Shown: positions 9,815 to 20,200, counted from the stretch's first letter. The stretch: DNA of 64,000 nucleotides from Terriglobia bacterium (GCA_965206645.1 CBDBKE010000004.1:2156642-2220641), one strand, 5' to 3'. Made by a program: numbers and translations. The notes: generated by a model not told the origin, from the letters alone.

Positions 9815-11320
9815 TTAACCACCGACATTGATCCACACGGACTTCACCTGGGTGTAAAGATCCAGCGCGTGGACTCCTGATTCGCGGCCGTACCCGCTCA
9901 TCTTGTACCCGCCGAACGGCATGGCGGCATCGAAAACATTGTAGCAATTCACCCAAACGACTCCGGCTTGCAAGGCCTTGGCGATGCTGTGAGCCTTTTG
10001 TATATCCCGTGTCCAAACACCGCCGGCCAGTCCATAGAAGGTATTGTTGCTCAGCTTCACTACCTCATCTAAGTCCTGGAACGGGATCGCAGTCAGGACA
10101 GGCCCGAAGATTTCCTCCTGAGCGATGCGCATGTCTGCCCGCACGCCGTCGAACACCGTGGGCTTAACGAAGTACCCTTTTGCCAGATCTCCCGTGGTCA
10201 AGCGCTCGCCGCCGACGACGGGCTTGGCTCCTTCCTCCTTCCCAATTCGGAGGTACCCGGTCACGCGGTCGAGCTGCTCCTGCGAGACGAGCGGCCCCAT
10301 CTGGGTCTCGGGATCGAGGTTGTTTCCGACCTTGATCGTCGACGCAAATTGGGCCACCTGAGAGACGAATTTGTCGTAGATCTTCTTTTCGACGAAAAGC
10401 CTTGACCCCGCACAGCAAACCTGCCCCGAGAGTCGGAAGATGGCCCAGGCTGCTCCCGAAACCGCTTGCTCGAAGTCGGCGTCCGCGAAAACGATATCCG
10501 GAGACTTCCCACCCAATTCCAGAGAAACTCGCTTGAGGTTTCCTGCGGAGGCCTTGACAATGCTTTGTCCGGTTAAGTACTCACCGGTGAAGGCGATCTT
10601 ATTGACGTCGCGGTGCTCTGCCAGGGCAGCCCCGGCAGTTGGACCGAATCCCGGGCAGATGTTCACCACACCGGGGGGAATCCCGGCTTCCAGGATCAGC
10701 TCACCCAGGCGAAGCGCGCTTAGAGGCGTCTGCTCGGCCGGTTTCAACACCAGCGTACACCCGGTCGCCAGCGCCGGCGCCACCTTCCACATCGAGGTGA
10801 CCAGCGGACCGTTCCAGGGAACAATCGCTCCCACCACGCCGACGGGCTCGCGCAGTGTGTAGGTGAAGTAATTACCAGGTGCCGAGTTTGGGATTGTTTC
10901 CCCATGAATCTTGGTCGCCCATCCCGCGTAGTAGCGGCACACCGCAGCGACCCGAGGGATCATCCCCGTTCGGGCCATGGTGATCGGCATCCCGTTGTCC
11001 AATACCTCAAGGAAGGCCAGTTCGTCTCCGTTGGCTTCGATCAGGTCCGCCAGTCGTAGCAGGAGGCGCTGGCGCTCCACAGGTTTGACCTTCGCCCAGT
11101 CGCCTTCGAATGCCCTGCGCGCCGCTTTCACCGCCCGGTCAATATCTTCCCGGTCGGCTTCTGCCACTCGGGCGTGGACCTCTCCGGTGGTTGGGTTCAG
11201 CGTTTCGAAGGTTTTTCCAGAAGCGGCCTCAACCCATTTCCCGTCAATCAACATTCGCTTGGGTTGAGTCGCAAGGAAAGATTGCACTGCCGGATGAATT
11301 TGTTGCGTAACTGTTGCCAT
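9815..11320 (-). CDS. NAD(P)-dependent aldehyde dehydrogenase
   Basis: IVPWN, KPAEQTP, LELGGKSP, catalytic Cys in GQVCCAG, and EEIFGPV. Confidence 0.96.
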   Translation of the reverse strand: MATVTQQIHPAVQSFLATQPKRMLIDGKWVEAASGKTFETLNPTTGEVHARVAEADREDIDRAVKAARRAFEGDWAKVKPVERQRLLLRLADLIEANGDELAFLEVLDNGMPITMARTGMIPRVAAVCRYYAGWATKIHGETIPNSAPGNYFTYTLREPVGVVGAIVPWNGPLVTSMWKVAPALATGCTLVLKPAEQTPLSALRLGELILEAGIPPGVVNICPGFGPTAGAALAEHRDVNKIAFTGEYLTGQSIVKASAGNLKRVSLELGGKSPDIVFADADFEQAVSGAAWAIFRLSGQVCCAGSRLFVEKKIYDKFVSQVAQFASTIKVGNNLDPETQMGPLVSQEQLDRVTGYLRIGKEEGAKPVVGGERLTTGDLAKGYFVKPTVFDGVRADMRIAQEEIFGPVLTAIPFQDLDEVVKLSNNTFYGLAGGVWTRDIQKAHSIAKALQAGVVWVNCYNVFDAAMPFGGYKMSGYGRESGVHALDLYTQVKSVWINVGG

Positions 11321-11502
11321 GCTGTAGCTCCTTTCTATGGATGACAGGCGTTATCTCCGAATCTGCCGTCGGGGACTAGGCCAAATCATATTCCACCGGA
11401 GAAGACCTTGCGGCCAGCGTTTTGCTGCCCGGTCTGTCGGTGCCGGGACGTTGCAAACTGGTTTATCGACCCTGGGCCAGTTTATCGACTCTGGGGATGC
11501 TG

Positions 11503-12039
11503 CTACCCGGCCAGCTTCCCAGCCACGCCCAGCGCCGCTTCAAAATTCGGAAGCGTGCTGAGCTCCTTGACGTACTCGACGTGGCGCACCGTATCGTCCT
11601 TATCGAGGACGAAGATGGCGCGGGCATCGAGCCGCAGTTCCTTGACCAGGGTCCCGTAGGCATGGCCGAAGGAGGCGTCGTGGTGGTCCGACAGGGTGCG
11701 CAGGTTGCTGACGCCGGCGGCGCCGCACCAGCGCTTCTGGGCAAACGGCAGGTCCATGCTAATGGTCAGGATCTCCGCGTTCGGCAGCTTGGCTGCTTCT
11801 TCGTTGAACCGGCGCGTCTGCTGGTCGCACACCGGCGTGTCCAGCGAGGGCACCACGCTCAGGATGCGCACTTTGCCCGAGGTATCTTTCAGACTGACGG
11901 GCTTCAGGTCGTTGTCCAGCACGGTGAAACCCGGTGCGCGGTCGCCCACCCGGATTTCAGCCCCGACCAGAGTAAAGGGGTTGTTGAACAAGGTCACCGC
12001 GCCGGCTCGTTCCACCGGCGACGCCTTGGCTCCTGCCAT
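11503..12039 (-). CDS. tpx: Thiol peroxidase (atypical 2-Cys peroxiredoxin)
   Basis: VPSLDTPVC and ISMDLPFAQKRWC; GGAGG RBS before the ATG at 12039. Confidence 0.95.
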   Translation of the reverse strand: MAGAKASPVERAGAVTLFNNPFTLVGAEIRVGDRAPGFTVLDNDLKPVSLKDTSGKVRILSVVPSLDTPVCDQQTRRFNEEAAKLPNAEILTISMDLPFAQKRWCGAAGVSNLRTLSDHHDASFGHAYGTLVKELRLDARAIFVLDKDDTVRHVEYVKELSTLPNFEAALGVAGKLAG

Positions 12040-12142
12040 GAATTTCACCTCCACCTGAAAATTTCCTGCTGCGAACCGAACGATTATACACGTGAACCCA
12101 CAGTGGCCGGACTAGCTCCCGGGCGGAATTCGTGAGGCTTAC

Positions 12143-13279
12143 TCAACGATCTAGGCCTGGAGTCGGCTCCTCCGGTGGGCCAATCATGGGCGGCATCTCG
12201 CCGGTCAGCGATTCCAGAAACGCCACCAGATCGGCGCGTTCCCGGCCGCTGAGGAAGTCCAGCTCTCGAATTTCCTTGTCGAGGTGCGGGTTGGAGTTGC
12301 CACCTCCCACGTAGAGGTCCACGACTTCTTTCAGCGTCTTCAGGCTGCCGTCGTGCATGTAGGGAGCTGTCTGTGCGATGTTACGGAGCGAAGGGGTCTT
12401 AAAGGCGCCCCGGTCGGCTTCATTCTTGGTGACGTCGAAGCGCCCTTGGTCGGTCAACTCCGGGACTCCACCGAGTACCAGCTTCACGCCCACCCCGATG
12501 TTGTGAAACTCATTGTCCGTAAACAGGGCATGTTGCTCACCAATCGTGTGGCACTCAGCGCAGTCGCCTTTCTCGGAGTCGCGAAACACGTCCAGCCCAC
12601 GCTGTGCGGCTTTGCTGAGTGCTGATTTGTCGCCGCCATAAAAGTGCCGGTCAAAAGGCGAATTGCCGCTGACGACCGTGCGCTCAAAGGAAGCGATGGC
12701 CTTCCCCACCTTCTCGTAGGTGATCGGCCCCGGGCCAAAGGCCTTTTCGAAGGCAGCCCCGTAGCTGGCGTCAGCCGTTAGCTTTTTCTCCACTCCCTCC
12801 AGAGTGTGGGCCATCTCGACCGAGTTCTCCACCGGACCAGCGGCCTGCTTCTCTAGACTCGGCGCGCGCCCATCCCAGAATTGCGTCGTGTAGTAGGCGG
12901 CGTTGAAGACGGTGGGCGCATTGCGCCCGCCCTTCTGGCCCCCTACCCCCTCGGAAAACTGCTTCCCATCGGTGAAGCCAAAGTCGGGGTGATGGCAGGT
13001 AGCGCAAGCCACCGTGTTGTCCACCGAGAGGATGGGATCGTAGTAGAGCAGACGCCCCAATGCGACGGTTTCCGCAGTGGGAGGATTGTCGGCCGGAATC
13101 GGGACCGGGGGTAGTCCCAGCGGGGCTTGCACCTCGATGGGAGTCCCGCGAGGCATCGCTGCTGGAGGTGCCTTGGCCGGCGTCGCTGGCCCCGGCTTCC
13201 GAGCGCGGTATAGCAACACTCCGACTACGATCAGCACAACACCAAGAACCATCAACATGAGCGTTCTTAGGGAACCCAT
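12143..13279 (-). CDS. Di-heme cytochrome c peroxidase (CcpA/MauG family)
   Basis: Two CXXCH motifs (CATCH, CAECH), RNAPTV, QFWDGRA, FKTPSLRN and TAPYMHDG; N-terminal membrane anchor. Confidence 0.93.
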   Translation of the reverse strand: MGSLRTLMLMVLGVVLIVVGVLLYRARKPGPATPAKAPPAAMPRGTPIEVQAPLGLPPVPIPADNPPTAETVALGRLLYYDPILSVDNTVACATCHHPDFGFTDGKQFSEGVGGQKGGRNAPTVFNAAYYTTQFWDGRAPSLEKQAAGPVENSVEMAHTLEGVEKKLTADASYGAAFEKAFGPGPITYEKVGKAIASFERTVVSGNSPFDRHFYGGDKSALSKAAQRGLDVFRDSEKGDCAECHTIGEQHALFTDNEFHNIGVGVKLVLGGVPELTDQGRFDVTKNEADRGAFKTPSLRNIAQTAPYMHDGSLKTLKEVVDLYVGGGNSNPHLDKEIRELDFLSGRERADLVAFLESLTGEMPPMIGPPEEPTPGLDR

Positions 13280-13403
13280 CACCGCCTCCTTCCACTAGTC
13301 TACCTCTGGTCTGCCTCCATTCCAGGGCTGAGTTCAGAGGCCTTGCCCGGTAGTCATCCCCGAGCTGAAAAATCGCTGCCAGGTGGAATAGACCGCATCC
13401 GGC

Positions 13404-14132
13404 CTAGCTGCGCAAGTGCTTTTCCCAACCGGGAACCTCAAGCGAGGTGAAGGCGTAGAGCGGGAACAGGCGCTGGAACGCCTGCTCGATCTGGCGCGCC
13501 AGGCTGGCGCTGCCCAGGCCCGGATGGGAAGGCTTGAAGACTTTGCGCACTACCCAACCATCCAGGCGCAACCACTCGGCGCCGGAGCGGGGCAGGCCGC
13601 TGGTCTTGACCCGCTGCTTCTTTTCGCTGCGGTACCAGTAGCAGTCGTAACCATGGCGCACAACGTGGCGGGCCAGCCACCGCTCCAGCCGCTGCTGGCG
13701 GGTTTCGAGGCGCGGGCGAAACACGCGGACCAGCGTGCCGGTTTTGCTCTGGGCATAAATGGAGAAGACCAAGGTAAGGCTCTCGCCGCTGATCCCCACG
13801 TAGAGGCGGCCGTCGGAGGGGCGGTCGCGCCGCCGGTCGTAAAAGTACAGGTAGTAGTTGGTGTGGTAGGGGCTCCGGTCGGGCCAAAAGCGGATGTCGC
13901 GGTTGATGCGGGAGAAATTTCCGTTTGTCTTACCCGCCGTGTCAAAGTAAGGGTTTAGGCGAAGCACGGCGGGTTCCAGTCGGGCCAACAGCGCCCGAAA
14001 GGTGGCGACCAGCAACTCGTAGCGCTTCCGGCTCTGGTCAAACCATTCCTTCCGGTTGTGGCGGGCCAGCTCGCGAAAGAAAGCAAAGTGCTCGCGCGAG
14101 AAGCCACTGAAGGCAACCTGTTTCGCCTGCAT
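13404..14132 (-). CDS. DUF2461 family protein
   Basis: F.GF....FFRELARHN.KEWF and RINRDIRF..DRSPY motifs. Confidence 0.8.
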   Translation of the reverse strand: MQAKQVAFSGFSREHFAFFRELARHNRKEWFDQSRKRYELLVATFRALLARLEPAVLRLNPYFDTAGKTNGNFSRINRDIRFWPDRSPYHTNYYLYFYDRRRDRPSDGRLYVGISGESLTLVFSIYAQSKTGTLVRVFRPRLETRQQRLERWLARHVVRHGYDCYWYRSEKKQRVKTSGLPRSGAEWLRLDGWVVRKVFKPSHPGLGSASLARQIEQAFQRLFPLYAFTSLEVPGWEKHLRS

Positions 14133-14242
14133 GGGCCGATTCTAACATGCCGCGCACCGGCGGCGTTTCGACGGCAGGTCCGGACGAGGTGCTCTGGAGA
14201 AAAATGGCCCTGCTCCAGTGAAACAGCACTAGACTGGGAGTG

Positions 14243-14587
14243 ATGCCGGAGTGCCTATTCTGCCAGATTGTGCGCCGGGAGCGCCCCTCGCGCATTGTGT
14301 TTGAAGACGACAGTGTGGTGGCCTTCGAGGACGTTCGCCCGCAGGCCCCCACCCACCTGCTGGTAATCCCTCGCAAGCACATCGCTGGACTGGACGAGGC
14401 AGAGGCCGAAGACGAGTTGCTGCTGGGCCGGCTCCAGCGGGTCGCGGCCCAACTAGCGGTCGAGCGCAACATCCACCGCACCGGCTACCGCACCGTGCTC
14501 AACGTCGGCTCGAACGCCGGCCAGAGCGTTTTCCATCTGCACCTGCACCTGCTGGGCGGGCGCCCTATGCACTGGCCTCCAGGATAA
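14243..14587 (+). CDS. hinT: Histidine triad (HIT) nucleotide-binding protein
   Basis: CLFCQI, PQAPTHLLVIP, GQSVFHLHLHLLGGR and WPPG. Confidence 0.93.
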   Translation: MPECLFCQIVRRERPSRIVFEDDSVVAFEDVRPQAPTHLLVIPRKHIAGLDEAEAEDELLLGRLQRVAAQLAVERNIHRTGYRTVLNVGSNAGQSVFHLHLHLLGGRPMHWPPG

Positions 14588-14615
14588 CCTCGTAGGTGTT
14601 ATCCTCTTCGAACTG

Positions 14616-15323
14616 ATGCCCGAATCCCATAACGCAAAAGAAGCAGAACCTGGGCGCACCCGGCCCGAGGCCGGCAAACCCGAGGGCGCCCCAGCTCAGG
14701 CGCCGCAGCCCGAAGCCGCTGCGAAGTCGGAGAAGCCAAGACCGCAGGTACCAGCAGGCGCCGTGAGCCCTGCCCAGCCGGTCAAGCCTGCTGTTGGGAA
14801 AAAGCACGAAGCGAAATCGCTCAAGCCTCAGACCCCCACCCCCGGTGCGCTAGTGGTGGAGGAATCGGTGGAGATTGCCGCCCCTCCCGAAAAGGTGTGG
14901 AAAATCTTTACCGAGGAGCAGAACTGGCCGAAATGGAATCCAGTGACCAAGCGGGCCAGCCATCTGAGCGGCTCTCGGTGGAGGCTGGGATGGCAGTTTG
15001 AGTTGGTGTTGCGGAATCGGCCGTTCCCTTCCTTGAAAGTCCGACCGATCGTGTTGGAGGTAAACGTGCCACTGCTGGTGCGTTGGTTCGAGGCGGTGCC
15101 GGGCCTCAGCGCGATGCACTGGTTCCTGTTCGAGAAGACCGAGACGGGCACGCGCGTGACCAGCTACGAGGAGTTCACCGGAACGCTGACACCGCTGCTG
15201 AGGCTGTTCAGTGGCTTGATCTTCCGCATGGTCCGCCTCTGGTTGCAAGCTTTGAAACAAGAGTGCGAGAAGACGGCCCCATCGGCTGCGGGCTCCCGGC
15301 TGCCGGTGCTAGGGGCAAAATAG
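14616..15323 (+). CDS. SRPBCC/polyketide cyclase-like protein with low-complexity N-terminus
   Basis: SVEIAAPPEKVW....NWPKWNP, GTRVTSYEEFTG and ALKQECE. Confidence 0.75.
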   Translation: MPESHNAKEAEPGRTRPEAGKPEGAPAQAPQPEAAAKSEKPRPQVPAGAVSPAQPVKPAVGKKHEAKSLKPQTPTPGALVVEESVEIAAPPEKVWKIFTEEQNWPKWNPVTKRASHLSGSRWRLGWQFELVLRNRPFPSLKVRPIVLEVNVPLLVRWFEAVPGLSAMHWFLFEKTETGTRVTSYEEFTGTLTPLLRLFSGLIFRMVRLWLQALKQECEKTAPSAAGSRLPVLGAK

Positions 15324-15387
15324 CCGCGCGCTGGGTGTACGAAGCCAGGCCCACTCTCTAAACCTGAGTTCTCAAAGAGCATACTCC

Positions 15388-15434
15388 TGTCATTCCGAGC
15401 CAGGCCCCCTGTCATTCCAAACGAAGCGAGGAAT
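15388..15434. repeat. REP-like palindromic element, family A (TGTCATTCCGAGCGAAGCGAGGAAT-like), partially duplicated
   Basis: Matches the reverse complement of gagattcctcgcttcgctcggaa at 53789-53811; lies between convergent genes. Confidence 0.6.
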
Positions 15435-15474
15435 GTGCTTTTCGCTTGCCATGCAGGTTCTCCCGCTGGTCGCC

Positions 15475-16206
15475 TCAACCGCCGTCGAGTATGCGACGCC
15501 GCGTCGGATGGGGCAGCTTTTCGCAGGCAATGCGAAGGAGGAGGCGCGGCGCCCGCTGCCGGACACGCTGCAAGTAGGACACCACGGGCTGGCGTCTCAC
15601 CTGGCTAGCTTCCTTCAGCAGCCAGCCAACGGCCTTTTGCACCATGTCGTCGTCATCCTGCAGAAGTCGATCGGACAAGCGCAAAGTCTGCTTTGTATAC
15701 ATGCCCCGCCGGGCAGCGAGGACCAGGGAGACAGCCGCCGCACGACGGTGCCAACGATTCTTTGACTTTGCCCAGCGAAAGACGCTGCCGAGTCGCGCAG
15801 AGTCGGCCGCAATCATCCGACCTAGCAGCGCGGTGCAGAACACGTCACAGGCGGCCCAATTGCGGATGTGCGGCAGCCAGCGCTCCAAGCGCCGAAACTC
15901 GGCCGAGCCAAATTGGTGCACCGACGGTTGCAGCAAAGCCACTCCCAGAACTGCCTCTTCCAGCGTGGGTCCGGCGAACAGTTTTCCATCTACGTCCAGC
16001 AGCAGGTCGGAATCGCCCGTGGCCAATATCTCCCGCCGCAGCCTCCCCGCCAGTTTTCTGACTTCAGCCGTGCGCCAGCCATGGGCCCGCACCGGCTCCT
16101 TGAAAAACCGCTGCATCTGTTGCGCAAAGGCCGGCGACGCCTTGCTCCGAAGCTCACGGCGCGTGGCGCGAACCAACTGTTCTGCCCGTTTCATGAGCAA
16201 TCTCAT
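15475..16206 (-). CDS. DNA alkylation repair protein (AlkD-like HEAT repeat)
   Basis: NWAACD, WAKSKNRWHRRAA and DDDDMVQKAVGWLLKE. Start placed at 16206 (or 16194) because the longer ORF overlaps archease. Confidence 0.85.
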   Translation of the reverse strand: MRLLMKRAEQLVRATRRELRSKASPAFAQQMQRFFKEPVRAHGWRTAEVRKLAGRLRREILATGDSDLLLDVDGKLFAGPTLEEAVLGVALLQPSVHQFGSAEFRRLERWLPHIRNWAACDVFCTALLGRMIAADSARLGSVFRWAKSKNRWHRRAAAVSLVLAARRGMYTKQTLRLSDRLLQDDDDMVQKAVGWLLKEASQVRRQPVVSYLQRVRQRAPRLLLRIACEKLPHPTRRRILDGG

Positions 16207-16296
16207 GGGCAACCTTATGCCATGGAGGCCCAGATCTGGCAAGCGAACATAATTCCGTTTCGGGACTCCTCCGGCTAGCCGCGTTACAATCAAACT

Positions 16297-16731
16297 GTGA
16301 CGGCCCGGTACGAGATCCTGGAGCATCCAGCCGACGTTGGGCTGCTGGCCCGCGGGGCTTCGCTGGCTGAGATGTTCGAGAACGCAGCAGCAGGAATGAT
16401 GGAGATTGCCGTCGAGCCGGCCGGCGTCGCTGAGCGCGAACAGAAGCGCATCGTGGCCGAAGCCCTGGACCGCGAGGCGCTGCTGGTAAATTTCCTCCAA
16501 GAGGTACTGTGGTTGGTGGATGGCGAAGGCTGGCTAGCCCGCCGCGTGGCGGTCACCCAAATCAGCGACACCCGCGTCTCGGCGACTGCCTTCGGCGAGC
16601 CGCGCAACGCGGCTCGCCACGCCATGCGGCTGATCATTAAGGCCGTCACCTATCACCAGCTTTCAGTGCGCCAGCAGTCCGAAGGCCAGCAGTCGGAAAG
16701 ATGGAGGGTGGAGGTCTACTTCGACATATGA
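16297..16731 (+). CDS. Archease
   Basis: YEILEHPADVG, IKAVTYH and VYFDI; ATGA overlap with rtcB. Confidence 0.93.
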   Translation: MTARYEILEHPADVGLLARGASLAEMFENAAAGMMEIAVEPAGVAEREQKRIVAEALDREALLVNFLQEVLWLVDGEGWLARRVAVTQISDTRVSATAFGEPRNAARHAMRLIIKAVTYHQLSVRQQSEGQQSERWRVEVYFDI

Positions 16732-18176
16732 TCCCCCGCGAAAAAATTCAGAAACTGGACGACTACCGCTACCTGATCCCGCGCGACACGCGGCCCGGGA
16801 TGCGAACCGATGCGCTGGTCTACACCGACGCCGGCCTGCTGGAGCACATCGTGAAGGACCTGTCGCTGGAGCAGGCGGTGAACGTGGCCACGCTGCCCGG
16901 CATTGTGGGCCGGTCGCTGGCTATGCCCGACATCCACCAGGGCTACGGCTTTCCCATCGGCGGGGTGGTTGCCACCGACTGGCACGAGGGCGTGGTCTCG
17001 CCCGGCGGCGTGGGCTTCGACATCAATTGTGGGGTGCGCCTGCTCGGCACCTCGCTGAGCCAGCAGGACGTGCGGCCCCGCCTGCGGGAGCTGGTGCTGC
17101 AACTGTTTCGCGACGTGCCCTGCGGTACGGGCGGCCAGGGCCACGTCAAGCTGTCGACGGCTGAGCTGGACCACCTGCTGGTCCGCGGCGCGCAGTGGAT
17201 GGTGGAGCATGGGTACGGTCAGGGCGCCGACGCCGAGTTCACCGAGTCGGGCGGGGCGCTGGCGGCGGCCGACCCTGCCAAGGTCTCCGAACGCGCCCAC
17301 CAACGCGGCCGCCCACAGGTGGGCACGCTGGGCAGCGGCAACCACTTCCTGGAGGTGCAGTTCGTCCAGCGCATCCTTGATCAGCAAGCGGCCGAGGCGC
17401 TGGGCCTGGTGCAAGACCAAGTGGTGGTGCTCATCCACAGCGGCTCGCGCGGCTTCGGTCACCAGGTCTGCACCGACTACGTAAAGCTGATGCACGGCGC
17501 CATGCAGAAGTACGACATCAAGCTGCCCGACCGGCAACTGGCTTGCGCGCCCATCCAGTCACCCGAAGGCCAGGACTACCTGGGGGCCATGGCGGCGGCG
17601 GCCAACTACGCCTGGGCCAACCGCCAGGGCATCACCCACTTCACGCGCAAGGCGATCCAGCGGCTGTTCGGCGAGCAGACCCCGGTGCGGGTGATCTATG
17701 ACGTGGCCCACAACATCGCCAAGCGCGAACGCTACGTGGTGGAGGGTGAGCGCGAGCCGCGCGATGTGCTGGTGCACCGCAAGGGCGCCACCCGCGCCTT
17801 CCCGGCCGGCAACCCGGAAATCCCGGCGCGCTACCGCCACGTTGGCCAGCCGGTGCTGATCCCCGGGAGCATGGGCACCGCCTCCTACGTGCTGGTGGGG
17901 GCGGAAGGGGCGATGCGCGAGACCTTCGGCAGCGTCTGCCACGGCGCCGGGCGCATGATGAGCCGCACCGCCGCCAAGAAAGGCCGCAACGCAAGGGAAG
18001 TGCAGCAGGCTCTGGAGGAGCAGGGCATCCTGGTGAAGAGCGAGACGCGCGACGGCATCCTGGAGGAGATCCCGGAAGCTTACAAGGATATTGACGCCGT
18101 CGTCGACGTGGTGCACAACGCCGGCCTGGCCAAGAAAGTGGCGCGCCTGCGCCCGATGGGCGTCATCAAAGGCTGA
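16728..18176 (+). CDS. rtcB: RNA-splicing/repair ligase RtcB (archaeal-like long form)
   Basis: MPDIHQGYGFPIGG, GFDINCG, GSGNHFLE, HSGSRG, HRKGATRA, PGSMG, HGAGR and EEIPEAYKD. Confidence 0.97.
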   Translation: MIPREKIQKLDDYRYLIPRDTRPGMRTDALVYTDAGLLEHIVKDLSLEQAVNVATLPGIVGRSLAMPDIHQGYGFPIGGVVATDWHEGVVSPGGVGFDINCGVRLLGTSLSQQDVRPRLRELVLQLFRDVPCGTGGQGHVKLSTAELDHLLVRGAQWMVEHGYGQGADAEFTESGGALAAADPAKVSERAHQRGRPQVGTLGSGNHFLEVQFVQRILDQQAAEALGLVQDQVVVLIHSGSRGFGHQVCTDYVKLMHGAMQKYDIKLPDRQLACAPIQSPEGQDYLGAMAAAANYAWANRQGITHFTRKAIQRLFGEQTPVRVIYDVAHNIAKRERYVVEGEREPRDVLVHRKGATRAFPAGNPEIPARYRHVGQPVLIPGSMGTASYVLVGAEGAMRETFGSVCHGAGRMMSRTAAKKGRNAREVQQALEEQGILVKSETRDGILEEIPEAYKDIDAVVDVVHNAGLAKKVARLRPMGVIKG

Positions 18177-18216
18177 ATTGCGGAATTAGCAGGATAAACC
18201 GGCGCGGGAGGTCCGT

Positions 18217-19038
18217 ATGGGAAAGCTGGCACCGACCTGGCAACTGGCCAAGGTGAGCTGGGGGGTGCTGCGCGCCGACAAGGAGCTGCTCCTGCTGCCT
18301 GTGCTGTCGGCCATTTGCGCTGTACTCGTTTCGGCTACTTTCTTTATTCCACTCATCTGGATGCCGCAAGAGGCAACCGAAGGGGAACCGGGCTTCTGGG
18401 TCTATCTGGGCGTGTTCCTGTTTTACTTCGTCAACTACTTCGTGATGATCTTCTTTAACACTGCGCTGATCGGCGCCACCACCATTCGCCTGCAAGGCGG
18501 TGACCCAACCCTGGGTCAAGGCCTCAGCTTCGCCTGGCAAAACCTGGGCCGCATTGCCCAGTGGGCCGTGGTGGCTGCCACGGTGGGCATGATCCTGAAA
18601 CTGATCGAGCGACGGGTAGCCGCGCTGGGCAGGCTGATCATCAACCTGATTGGTGTCGCCTGGACGCTGGCCACCTATTTCGTGGTGCCGGTGATGGTCT
18701 GCGAAAAGCTGGGGCCCATTGAGGGCGTCAAGCGCTCAGCCTTGATGTTCCGCCAGACCTGGGGTGAGCGCCTGGTCAGTGCGGTCAGCTTCGGGCTGCT
18801 GTTTTTCCTGCTTGCCATCCCGGCGTTCGTGGTCCCGGTGCTGGCTGGGTTGTTGCTGGGCGGCACCGCTTTTCTCGTGATGTTCAGCGTCGCGGTCCTC
18901 TACCTGATCCTGCTAGCGGTGGTCAGCGCGGCACTGAACGGTGTGTTCGTGGCGGCGCTCTACCAGTACGCCACCACCGGCCAGGCCTCGGGCCCGTTCA
19001 CCCCACAATTGCTCAACTCCGCCTGGAGACCACGGTAG
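18217..19038 (+). CDS. Integral membrane protein, DUF6159-like
   Basis: SWGVLRADKELLLLP, YFVVPVMV.E and KRS..MFRQTWGE; about 6 TM helices. Confidence 0.7.
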   Translation: MGKLAPTWQLAKVSWGVLRADKELLLLPVLSAICAVLVSATFFIPLIWMPQEATEGEPGFWVYLGVFLFYFVNYFVMIFFNTALIGATTIRLQGGDPTLGQGLSFAWQNLGRIAQWAVVAATVGMILKLIERRVAALGRLIINLIGVAWTLATYFVVPVMVCEKLGPIEGVKRSALMFRQTWGERLVSAVSFGLLFFLLAIPAFVVPVLAGLLLGGTAFLVMFSVAVLYLILLAVVSAALNGVFVAALYQYATTGQASGPFTPQLLNSAWRPR

Positions 19039-19291
19039 CAGCATGAGGCCAAGATCCTGCTCGCCCTGACGCTGGTGATCGGCGCAGTGGTTGCGTTGGT
19101 GGTGGGTGGCTTCATCCTGGTAACGAGCAACCCAGGGCCGCGCGCACGGAATTCTGCGGGCCGTCGAGCGTCGTGGACGAACCTTTGGCCCGCGTGCTTG
19201 CGCGCCTGGAGCAGCGATGACGCGACTGGTCCTGCGTTGATCGGGAAAATGGTATAAGAGTAGCGTAAGGATTTCGCTCGGGAGAAATAGC

Positions 19292-20200
19292 ATGCGGGCA
19301 CTCGTGACCGGGGGTACCGGGTTCATCGGACGGCGGTTGGTGAAGAACCTTACGCGCCCCGTGGTGCTCAGTCGCGATCCGGAGCGCGCCAGAAAACTGT
19401 TGGGCGAGGTTGAAGTCCACCGCTGGGAGCATCCGGGCGCCCTGCCTCCGGAAGCTGCCTTCGAACAGATAGAGGTCGTTTTCCACCTGGCTGGCGAGCC
19501 GATCGCCGCAGGCCGTTGGACCGAGGCCCGCAAAGAGCGCATCCGCGAGAGCCGCGTCCGCGGCACCCGCAGCCTCGTCACCGCCATCGAGTTGCTGCAC
19601 CTGCGGCCCCGGGTGCTGGTTTCGGGCTCGGCCGTCGGTTACTACGGCAACCGCGGCGAGGACGTGCTGGAGGAGCCTGCAAACCCTGGCAGCGATTTTC
19701 TGGCCCAGGTGTGCAGCGCCTGGGAGAGTGAAGCCAACCGCGCCGCTCCCCTGGGACTGCGCGTGGTCACGCCACGCACCGGGATCGTGCTGGGCCAGGG
19801 AGGCGGTGCCCTGGCTCAGATGCTGACGCCCTTCAAGCTGGGCCTCGGTGGCCGACTGAGCAGCGGGCGGCAGTGGATGCCCTGGATTCACATGGACGAC
19901 TTGGTCGGGTTGCTGTTGCACGCTGCCGAGAAGAGCGAGATTTCCGGGGGCATGAACGCGGTGAGCCCGACGCCGGTGACCAACCGCGAGTTTACCCGGA
20001 CGCTCGCCTCCGTGCTCTGGCGGCCGGCCATCTTCCCGGTTCCGGCATTGGCGCTGCGACTGATCTTTGGAGAAATGGCTTCGATCCTGCTCAGCTCGCA
20101 GCGCGTGGTGCCACGGGTCGCCGAGCGGACCGGCTATCGCTTCCGCTACTCAGCGCTGTCTGAGGCTCTGCGCGCCATTCTCAGAGGTGCGCGGTCATAA
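19292..20200 (+). CDS. TIGR01777 family NAD-dependent epimerase (YfcH/SDR39U1-like)
   Basis: VTGGTGFIG, HLAGEPI..RWT, SAVGYYG, FKLGLGG and GRQWMPWIH. Confidence 0.93.
   Translation: MRALVTGGTGFIGRRLVKNLTRPVVLSRDPERARKLLGEVEVHRWEHPGALPPEAAFEQIEVVFHLAGEPIAAGRWTEARKERIRESRVRGTRSLVTAIELLHLRPRVLVSGSAVGYYGNRGEDVLEEPANPGSDFLAQVCSAWESEANRAAPLGLRVVTPRTGIVLGQGGGALAQMLTPFKLGLGGRLSSGRQWMPWIHMDDLVGLLLHAAEKSEISGGMNAVSPTPVTNREFTRTLASVLWRPAIFPVPALALRLIFGEMASILLSSQRVVPRVAERTGYRFRYSALSEALRAILRGARS

Noticed and set aside
15475-16500. 341-aa version of the AlkD-like ORF
   Set aside because: The N-terminal extension overlaps archease on the opposite strand; the start was moved to about 16206.
19043-19257. Short hydrophobic ORF after the DUF6159-like gene
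   Set aside because: It has no convincing start or family motif. It may be a remnant but cannot be supported.
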